This document shows positions 1 to 11,500 of a stretch of DNA of 64,000 bases, piece after piece. The notes under the pieces were generated by a model, which did no database searches, was not told where the DNA came from, and was given only the letters and a program-made list of their open reading frames with translations. The translations under genes were made by a program, and so were the position numbers. Location: the NCBI RefSeq assembly GCF_964355755.1, contig NC_092680.1, positions 7,564,001 through 7,628,000 of the forward strand, in the 5' to 3' direction. How positions within the stretch are numbered: the stretch's first letter is position 1; each line of letters starts with the position of its first letter. Origin of the DNA: Antedon mediterranea (lineage: Eukaryota > Animalia > Echinodermata).

Positions 1-1016
1 AATTACGCCACTGACATAAATTTAAAACATCAACCAACACAAATTAAACACAAAAAACAGTGCAGAAATATGGTTAAAAACTACAAATACAAAATGATGG
101 TCTATTAACACGCAAGCATTGAACATTGTAAAATGAAACAAGCCTTTTTTTCTTTTTAAGCATTTATCCTAAGATCAAAAAACTTTTGTTTGCAATAGCA
201 AACTTCAAGCAATGTGATATGTTCTAGTACAATTTTCTTCATTAAACTGCAATGCGTTTCACAAAAAACATTTATCATCACATGTTATGAAGCACATGGT
301 TGCTAATATGTTTACGTAAAAATATTCTTGTTTTGTTTGTTTGAAATGTATTTATTCATAGTAACTACCTATTGTTCTGAGGAATAATTTTAAAAACTGT
401 CATACATAAAATTTAAATATAGAAATTAACATATAGAGTGTTTAATAATTATATTAGTATTGAAATATAATTAATGTAAATATGAATATGGCAGATAATA
501 AAGACTAGGCATAGTACAGTGAAAGTTTACTATGTCTTGTATAGAACAGCAAAATGCATGTATGTACATATATACAATTTGTACAGGTTTCTTTATAATG
601 ATGGGATAGGTAGACTTTTGAAAGTATAATATCTCAGTTGTTCTTGCTTGTTAATAACAATATACTTATTCACTTTGATGAGTGAATGCCACCATGGCAT
701 GGCAACATCTAAAAACAAGGTCAGAAATACTATGACATATCAATTTTTAAACAGTTTGAGCATTCATCTCTTTCACAATAATTTCTTTTATTTATGCTTT
801 ATATACTGTATTTGGTCTAAAATTAGTATTTGTAAGCTAGCAGTTGCAACAGTATAACATGAAGCTTTTTAATTGATTAAATTCAAATATCTTTAACTCC
901 TTTAGTATTAATTATAGTGTTAAGTTTTTCTATATTTGGTTATTAATGATAGTGTATAGTACGATACTGTTAAAACATTGTTAATGTTAAAGCAATTTTT
1001 TGGCCCTAACTTTACA

Positions 1017-1220
1017 CAGTAGAACACTCACAATCAGGGGACACACTCCTATAAAGGGGATACAGTTGTTGGGTCCCAAAGGTGTCCCCTTAATAGTGTT
1101 CTAGTATATTAAATTGTTTTGAAGGAATTTCTTTGGAGTCATACAGTTAAAATCCATTTTTTGGAACAACCTTATTTAAAGGGACACCCAACAAAATGTC
1201 CCTTTAACAGGGGTTCTACC
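1017..1220. mobile_element. Degenerate Tc1/mariner-type MITE fragments (CAGTAGAAC...GTTCTA family); relatives near 10693-10820 and 25768-26057
   Basis: cagtagaac...ggggacac...gggtccc..aggtgtccc...gttcta motifs recur at these sites. Confidence 0.55.
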
Positions 1221-1742
1221 AAGTAAGCTGGATAATGAGTTTGTTAAGTCATTATCTAGTTCAATAGAAGATACATACTGCCAACATGCCTATTAATAGA
1301 TTGTAACAGAAATTTACCCAGAAGAATTGTTTATAATTAGCAGCTTTTAAATGCTACATCTAAAAACACTACAAGAAAGTACTACACATGAAACAATTAT
1401 GTGCCCAAAATATCTTAATCTTGCTTGATGACAGTATATAGAAATACATGATGATAAGCAAGCATTTTAATGAATACTTACAAACTAGAAGAGTTCATGG
1501 TAGAAATGTTCCTGAACCAAAAAAAATAATTGGAAACACATTACATATAATGATACACTAATACACAGATTCTGTAGCAATGCCGTAAAAAAAAAAAACA
1601 CTGTTGCATCACGATTTCTGTACTGGTCATGGCTCTATTTTAAAAACCATTCTCATCTGGCATTTCTTTTAGTGTTTAAAAAAACATTTGAATTATGACC
1701 ATGACGATAGAGAATATGTGCCGGTTCTGATGCAAATGAATA

Positions 1743-1970
1743 CTGTAAAACCATAAACTTTCGCGCACATTAAACTTTTACGAATTTCGCAAGTGATTGA
1801 AAGTTTCATGCCGCAAATAATTTTCAGAACGTACTACTGTATACAATAGCTTATGTATTAGCATCTTTATAACACAAAGATTGTCATACACAATATTGTT
1901 ACAGTAAAATTTTATGTCGCGAAAATGGCCAATGTAACTAATTCTCGAAAATTTCATTTCTGGATTACAG
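1743..1970. mobile_element. TA-flanked MITE (Tc1/mariner-like)
   Basis: TA|CTGTAA...TTACAG|TA with internal inverted tttcgcg/cgcgaaa motifs. Confidence 0.65.
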
Positions 1971-2417
1971 TAACCGGTGATTAATAACTGTTTGAATCAA
2001 TTACTCCCATTTTCTTGGTAGGATGAAAAATGAACAATTTAAAATAACAATTTAAATGGTGTTCTCTAAATAATGGTTAAAAACACCCTATAATATTGAT
2101 TGGCTGTTGGAACACCATCTACTTGGTTATTGCCCGTATAGCCATATTAAAAATACTACGTCAAAGTTCAAAATTAATGGAACAAAAAATAAGTACTGTT
2201 TATTACACTGTAAACAAACACATTAAAAATGAAAATAGATATTTTTATTGTCACTTGAGTAATGAAAATATTTCAGATGAAATTTGATAAACAACATAAG
2301 CTATGTAAGAACATAAAACTAGGTTAAACACTATTACATAAACCAACACTATTCTCAAATACTACGATTAAGTGATTAATAAACCATGAGATACATGATA
2401 GCAAAAAAGAAACCAAC

Positions 2418-2554
2418 CTTCTGGTTAAGTTTGGCGTAGCCATGTCATCAACTTCATCATCAGCCCATACACCAGACTTCTGATTTAACAACATTGATAT
2501 GTCCAACTCAAGAATCTCCTTATGTGTTGAAACCACTGTCCCTGATGCACTGGC
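2418..2554 (-). CDS. DMXL2: DMXL exon 27
   Basis: ASASGTVVSTHKEILELDISMLL...W..DE; TTCTAG| and AG|GTTGGT. Confidence 0.87.
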
Positions 2555-5500
2555 CTAGAAAAACAAACACACACACACACAGTTGGTTAAAAGTTGTGTT
2601 CAGTGGCGATCTTTTACTGTTCCCACATAAAACTGGGGAATTGAAGGACCAATACACAGATTCAACTAACCAAGTTATTAGGAAGTAATACACACCACAA
2701 TGAATACAATTAAGGACAAAGATGAATAAAGTATTTATATGTATAGATAGGTGAAAAGCTTTATCTCAATAAATGAGATCTTGATTGAAAATCGTTACAA
2801 TAATAGTAGGATCACATCTCCCAATGATAGTAGATTCTTTAGTACCGTCATTTGAAAAGAATGAAAAAAACCTGAAAACAGAAGGTAGCTATTGAGTGGC
2901 CCAGCTGTTAGACACTAGAACCGTAATTACATAGCCATATTAACATCGGCAAGGGTTTAAGCCTCACTCATTCCATGGTTCTGGTGGTATAAGGAGTCTT
3001 CTTGGATGAGCACTATAAACCTCAATGTCCAGTGTACACATCTAGCTCATGTGCACTTTAGTATATCTTTTGGGGCGAGTAGGGGTTACCGCGGTGTACT
3101 AGTATACGCACAGCCACTGATAATAACTGGACCCTCTGGGAGATCATTCTTTGACTAAAGAGAGTACCTAGTATAAATAAATAATAATAAGGCATGAACT
3201 GTATATCATGAGATATATTCTATAAAATATCTGTAAAAGAATAGAAGTATATAGTTTAGAACAAACATACCGAAACCAACATGCTGGCATAAGCAGAAAG
3301 CCTAAAATGCCTGAACCAAATTATTAAAAAAGACAACATAATTAAAACTGTTCTAATAAGAGAGATGATTATGATTATGAGTAAATAACCCAGATAATGT
3401 TAATAATATTAATAAAAAAACATGATAATGATGTAATTATGAGAGCAGTAAATGATGATAAATGATGGACAAGACATTGAATATGATGGTGGATGTACTG
3501 TGAAAAAACAACAATAAAATAATAATAAACAAATAAATAAAATTATTTTGAATGTAGATATAATGATATATGATGATAAGCTGATGATGATGATAATTGA
3601 AAATGATGGATATATTGTGAAAAAGGACAGATTAATAAATAAATTTGAATATTTAAAATGTAGTGATAATGATAAGATCATAAAGATGTTGACGGTACAA
3701 TGGGATGATAAGATTATGACAAGACGTGTATAAAAATGATAATTATATGATAAGTGGTGTAGTACATTGTTACTAATTGTGATGAATAATGTGAACTATT
3801 CATTAGTTAGTTATTAATTGACTTTTTCTCAAGTTTGGTTCAAACATTTCATTTAGCATTTACCCAATAGTGCATTCAAAGCTAAAGCTCTGTCTACACT
3901 ATAAAACTTTATGTGACAAAAAAATGTGATGTGCCCATATATGGACATGATGATGTCATATCACTATCTTACAGTATTTGGGCACATCACAGTTTTTTTT
4001 TTGTAAAACTAGTTTGATAATGTAGACAGAGCTTTATACTACAAAACTGCCATTAAATACTCCATAAATATTTACATATATTTCATCAGTTAATACTGAG
4101 GTGTGTTCAACCTTGGCTTAATAAAAACCCCACCAAGCATCGCGCGCGGATCATGTTGTGATGTGATGCACCCACTTTGACCACTCGCATGAAAGGGTAA
4201 ACAAATTAAAGACATTTTCAGTGAAAATACCAGGTATTTCCCACTTTGTATTAACCGATTCTGCCAAAAAAGGAAAGATAATTAATTCAGCAACGAGACA
4301 ATATCAGGATAGGCCTATAGCTAGTGTACAACGTTCGTACATTACCAGTCTTTACCAGCTAGGCCTACAAAACTAAGCCTAACTAAGCTAGTCCTAGAGA
4401 CGTCTACATGAGTAACATTCAAATCGAGCTACTTAGGTAGTGCATTGTTTTTCTTTTTTTATCTTAATTAACCAGAACACACATTTAAGAAAAAGAAATG
4501 TCCTGATTTAAAGTTATTTTTACAAAACGTCAACAATTGCAGGTCTAGTGTCTTGAACAAAAATATATTATGGAAGATTATGTTACAAATGTTTATTTTT
4601 TTGTTTCATTTTTATGAAAAGTTGATTCACAATATAGGCTGCCAAAAGAGTTATATATAGTGAAGCCATTAACTTCACCATCGGCTTCAATTGTTTTTTT
4701 TTTGTCACAGCTAAATTTGAAAACCATGGTAAAATTAACTAGGTGAAATTATCAAAGTGCGAACAATGATTTACTGAATTTTTCTTTTAATCTTATAGTA
4801 TCTTATATTATATATATTATGGCTGCTGTGTGTTGTGAAAACTAATGCAGTGTGCAGTCTTCAAAACCTCATGCTTGTGTGCCAACAAAATTGAACAATT
4901 TACAGTAATAGTCTAAGCGTTTTTATGATTGAGCAGCACTACTTTGGTGCATATATCAAATAGATGGACATGCATTTTGCGCTGATCTAAAGGGTGACTA
5001 TACCTTCTAAAATAGTAAACTACACTTTCTTTTTTAATTAGTAAAATTTTACTACTATAAATTTAGGCAGAAATATTTCAAACCAAATTAAAACAAATAC
5101 TTATGGAATAAAATGACAGATGTAGAGATTTCTATGTCTACCTCAAATGGATCTCTAGACCATGCTGCTGTGATATCAAAACCCTGTGATGCAAAATAAA
5201 ACAAACATAAAATAGCTAATTCATTCATTGCAAGAATATAAAGTAATTGCACAGGTTGGATTGATGGCATTAATCAAGGAAAGATGCATTTAGTTTAAAT
5301 TATTAATTGTTCCACAAAATTTAATGCATATTTAAAAACAATTGTTATAAACAGAGAATAACAATCATTGTGTTTTAGTTCTTATGATAATATTGTTATT
5401 TTCAGGAAAGTTCGAAACCAATACCAAAGTGGTATAAATGTTAGTGATCCAAAAACCTTCATTAATTTACCAATAGTAAGTAATATCAAATGCAGAAGAA

Positions 5501-8500
5501 AATATATTAAACAGAGAAGTGCATAGTACGACTTTAATGAATAATGTAATGACTCCAATTAAAAAATTAATTCTGTACAAAGTTCCAAATATCATTGATA
5601 CAGTATTAAAAAGAAATTTATAAAAAAAAAACCATTAATAAATATACTGTACAATATTAGCCGTCAATATTTTCATCAATTATAACATTAAGTATTATTG
5701 ATACTATGTTTCTCTGTCTAATTTGTTAATATTCTATAACCCCTAAAGAGCAGTATAGCATACTTTGTACATTCCATTCTGCGTAATATTCTTCCAATCC
5801 GCCTAATTCAAGGAAAAGAAATCAGCAAACAATCTTTAATTATTTTGATCATGACATTCTAAGAATCCATGCAATGTAACATCTTTAATAACATTATGTA
5901 CAACTACTAATTAAAGTAGCAATCTATGTTCTACTAAAGCACTGTCTACTGTGGTATAGCACACAATAGTAGCACTTCATTTTAGTATAACCATAAAGCT
6001 CTGTCTACACTATCAAACTTTATGTGACAAAAAAATGTGATGTGACCATATATGGAAATGATGATGTCATAATGCTATTTGGTCACATCACTACCATATT
6101 ACACTTTTTTGTGTGTGTGAAACAAATGTAGGCCTTTTATTTTATTCAAATGACAGGAATCTATTTAGATGTTATATAAAAAAAATAATTAAAGCCCCAT
6201 TCCCTACGTTTTTTAGATCTATTTTAAGATCACAAACTATATTTAATGTAAAAATAATACTATATGGTCCTATTGCGATAACTTTTTTCGTCTTTAAACG
6301 GTTAAAAATGTGAAAAATAAATCGATTCTAATAATTATAGAGGCCCGCTATAAATCCCAAAATGCATTGCGCGCGGATTGATATTTTTGGTTTTTCACCT
6401 GTAATTCGCCCACTTTTCGATCGATCGTGAAGCCAAAACAAATGGAAGACTCCTAACTTTTCAGCGAAAATACCGGGTTTTCCCCAATTTGTATCAACGG
6501 AGTCTGGCAAAAATAGAAAGACAATTAATGCAGCAACTATACAACGTCAGGCTAGGTATATAGCTAGCGTACGATGTTCGTACGTTATCGATGTTTACCA
6601 GCTAGGCCTACAAAACTAAGCCTAGCTAGGCTAGGCCTAAGACCGGCCACGAGAGGTCGATCGCCGGTAGTGCATTGTTTCTCACTTTTTATCATAATTT
6701 ACCATAAAACGTACATTTAAGACAAGGAATGACATGGTTTAATGTTTTTAAAGTGATATATATGTATTATTTTCCAAAAAACGTCCAAAATTGCAGGGAA
6801 GGGGTCTTTAATGTTTTATATTCGTGTAATGGTACAAACAATGGCATTTGGTGAATGATGAAAGGTTATATCAACTAGGCGTTGCCTCGTTGATATAACC
6901 TTTCATTCACCTCATGCCATTATTTGTACCATTACACGCATAAACATTCATTATTTGTAATATACACTAACATTGTATGTAACAATATACACATTATATT
7001 ATAGTAAAGAAGTAACACTACAATTTTTGTATCATTACAGTATGAAATAGGACTTTCCTTGTCGTAATCCAAGCACCTTCTATCTACCCTATTTTTAGCA
7101 TGTTAAACAAATAATACATCTTTTAAGGTTATTGACATTATGTTAAACTAAACTACTTTCTATGATGAAAAAAGCTATAGTAGTCACATTGTTTGGTTAA
7201 TTTTCTGGTTGAATTTTTTTTCTTTGTTTTGTATACTATTATGTTATATGGATGTAAGGAAATGAATTGATGAATAACTAAACAAAAAAAATACCACAGT
7301 TAAAACAAGATATGTTTACTGTACCTGGTTGAAACAGAAAGCCGATATTTTCTCTGGTTCTTTGTGAATGACGCGTACTTTCACACGTTGTTCACGATTT
7401 CCAGATTCTTGATGGTAAGTCCCAAGAGTTGAATCAACCTTTGTAAAAAAAAAATAATTCATAGTATTGTAAAGAGTAGAAGTAGAAAGAGGACAATTGG
7501 ATAGGTGCACACTTTAGATTCTCAAAATTAACACACATGTTATGTTTTAACATTTTTATTTAAAAAAAAATTATATGTTTAACTACTGAATAATAAATCA
7601 ACAAAATATGATCTTGTGGAAAAATGCCATAATGAAGCAATTAGAATTTGATCAATTTAAGTAGCAAATCAGGTATAGTCAAATAAACACATCATATACA
7701 TTACATTATGAACAGTAGAGTCAAAATTATATTCTCTGCAGTATATGGACAGCTATTACAGACAAAATATACAAATAACTACAGAAAAAACACATATACA
7801 GAGCAGAAAAGGAAGTCTTGTTCTTCTTTAATGACATTGCACTGCCTTTATCTCTTTATCTATGAATAATATGGCAGCCTAAATTGACTATTGACTCTAA
7901 GTCTATTTACAAATACAAAACTGCTTCTTTAAAAGCATTGATTCACCTACCTGCTCTGAGGGTTGTTTCTTCTTAAATATATACTTGATAAAGGTCTCTT
8001 GTGTTTGATCTTGACGAACAAGGAAGTTCCAAAGACGTTTGGCTGGCAATGCTTCCCTCTTTTCACACCTAAATGTCAATGAAAATACAAACTTTATGTA
8101 CAAAATTTACACACTGATATTACATTTTTATTTGTTGCAGAAATAGATCAATCTCATGCTTTCTAAAAAAAGGGAGAAAAAAAGAAGCAGAATCGCAGTC
8201 AGAAAAAAAGTTATATTTAACCACTCTTTTCATTGGTACAAAATAATAAATAAAGAAGATATCATTGCAGATGTTCTGATGTGGCAGCCAAAACATGGGC
8301 TTGCAAAACAAGAAAGGCCAGCACTCATTGATGTACTAAGAGACGGATACTGGTATGTAGGGAGATAAACTAGCTGTCACAATGGCAGATAGGAAGTTAC
8401 GGACGAACCTAGTCATTTAAGTTTGGGTATGTAAGTAAGTTGATTGGTACTTTGATGTTTTTGTTATTATTGTTTGTTTGCCATGTGAAGCTCTAAATAA

Positions 8501-11500
8501 ATACATTTAATTTAGCTTCGTGGTAAACGTGCTTAACTCTCTAAGCCTCAAATTAGACTTAGTTTATAAGCACGATAAATTCTAAAATAGTTTATCAATC
8601 CTGTAATTGGCGCGTTACTCGTTGTTGGATGCTTGTGAAATAAAAATAAAATAAATAAATACAAAATAAACTAGAATTTAATTCGTCACTTTGACGAATT
8701 ATAGGTGATCATTTTTATCATTTTATTGACATCAATATTTTTTAAACATGCACGTTTGTTAACATACAATCAAAAAAATGTTGATGTATGCCATCCTATT
8801 ATACGCTTATAGTGCTGAGTTGTGCCTATTATAATGTACAGTATATACTGTATATCTATATACAGTGTAGCATTGGTGAACTTATGGACACACATCATGT
8901 CATAATATTTTGGCACTGATGACATCATCAAAATAAACATGTGGATAACAATATCGAAAGATAATGAATTGAGCAATAAAATATAACAATTGGAAGAAAA
9001 TTTGGCACGTAGAAGCGCGGTGCGCGCTCTTTAAAGTTTGTATAACTTTGACGAAAAAGATGAAAAAACTACTTTTTAACTTCAACTGGCCATATGATAA
9101 CGTTATAACATCCGATAGGCCTAATTTTTAAATAAATTCATATTTCCATTTTACCAGCTCTCATAATAAGTTACAAACATCAAGGTAAACTTTAATTCAG
9201 AAGAGCTGTAAGGTATTCATATATACGTTGTAGGTGAAATTACGTAACCACCGTTTAATTTTAATACGTGATGATGTTTAAAAATGAAAATATTGGCAAC
9301 TCATGAGTAACATAATTGGTTGAGGTAGAACATATTAAAAATTAAAAGAAAATCGATCACAGATAAGCGAGTGGCGCTTTGTTGAATATGGTGGTTTATG
9401 ACAAAAGAGGTAAAAACCCTATTTTAAAAATTCATATGGCCAAATGATGACGTCGTACCATTTTGTACATCATGTGTATATACATTTATATCTACAACTC
9501 ATTGTCTTCCATAATAAGTTAAAAAAATTGGGGTGATTCTGAAGAGTTCATTCATTTTAAAAAGGCCTTATTTTTTACCAATTTTAGCACTTTTGTACAA
9601 TTAATGTGCACATTTTGTCATTTTTAACGTGCTCGTATAGCACTATTTTAAGTCGAAATGGACTCAAATTTGGTGTATGTACTAAGGAAGATGAGTAGAA
9701 TGCAATTTGTACAAAAAATTGATATTTTTTACGCTTTCTATGTACGCACGCGCAAAAACGTGTTTTTGCGCAGTAATTTTTTAAAACACGCAGATGGCCT
9801 AATTCATGCTCTAAATTGATCAAAACGTAATTTTGAGCTTTTAAAATTTTTAACTCGCGATTTTACGCGCATGACCCTATGTGCGCGTGCGTTTTTATTT
9901 GCTAATATTTTTACCCTTGACCTGAAGTTTACATGTAGTGAATTTTATTAATATGTGATAATGAATTATGGAGATATGATTGATATTGTGATTTCACAAA
10001 ATGGCGTATAAATGACGTCACGGATGAGTGATCACGCTTTTATTCTAAATGATCACATAATAAAGATTTTGTACAATAACAATAGGTGATCATTTTATTC
10101 TAAATGATCACCTAATACAAATATTCAGCTTACAAAAATGGTGTATTGTCTGGTTCCAACATAGCTTTGTATTTCAGAATCGCAGGTCCAGATGAACTGC
10201 CAATGCCAACTCCCATACAGTCTGGTATGTAGTCATCTGGAGGAGCAGAGAAGAGGTCCAGCTTGTATTCCAACGCCTGAATCCACTGCTCAAGTAGCTT
10301 TAGAATCGAGTGAAGTAGTGGAGATGATACTGGTAACTCTAAAAAAGCAATGCAAATCAATTTTTACAATTTTAAACTAATTTCCACTAAATTATTTCAA
10401 ATTTTATGTGACAAAAAAATGTGCCCATATATTGACATGATGCTGTCATATCACTACCATATTTGGGCATATCACTACCATACAGTATTTGGGCACATCT
10501 CTCTTTGTTTTTGTCAAACTAGTTTTATAGTGTAAATAGAGCTTAATGTGATACCAGAGTTGTATATTTTAAAAGTAACTCTATACAATGTAAGAATGTT
10601 GAAATAATAAAAGACAATTTAGATAATATATATTTTGGGTTTCAAAGATAAATATGCATAAAAATAGGAAATAACTTGTAATATAAATTTCAATAGACCC
10701 TCTGCTTTGGGACATCTCTATTCAGTGATACAACCCTACATCACTATGACCAACACCTATTCAGGGAATACTCTATTAAGGTGAAACTTTGTTGGGTCCT
10801 GAAGGTGTCTCTTTAACACAAATTAAACACTGCTCTTCTGTTGCCTTAAAAATAGCTTAAAACTTATTATTTTGACCACTTACATGCATAGCGCCATTGA
10901 TTTTGTACCTCTGTCTTTGAATTGACGCTTTATAAATTTTGATATAATAATAATAGTACTGTACTAGTCTTTGATATGACTTAGGTAAAATGTGAATTAG
11001 GTATAGCTTCTCAAATGGTCGGAATGTACAATCTAATTTAGTGGAGTTGGTGACTAAGATACTATTGATCCAGAGTTCTTGCAAGACTTTTTCCACCGAA
11101 AAAAAAAATACTCCAGTCTCAAAAAAGAGGATCTTGTGTGTGTATCTCATAAAAGGATTGTTACCAGCGACAAATGTGATAGTCCTTGGCACTGTGCCAA
11201 AATAAAATAATATTATTGTAAACATACCAGCAAGTTCAATTCCACCAACGGGTAGAAACTTCTCCATTTTGTCGAGTGCCAGCTGAACTATAACAAAGCG
11301 CATCAAACACCAACTATATGAATTAAAATCACTATGTTCTTTTTGACCCAGGTCAAAGGTTGATGATGCTTTGGTAGCTGAATCGTCATAGTAATCTTCA
11401 TCATCAGAGGCCTCACTCTCAGCTGAATCGTAACCTATACCCTCCTCAATGGATTTTACATATGGCTAAGGAAGAATAAGAAAATATAACCAATATTTAT

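Noticed and set aside
3409-3733. Ile/Met-rich ORFs on both strands
   Set aside because: Products of a trinucleotide low-complexity tract.
5424-5455. Additional 32-nt cassette exon (VFGSLTFIPL)
   Set aside because: The acceptor (TTAATGAAG) lacks a pyrimidine tract; too weak to support.
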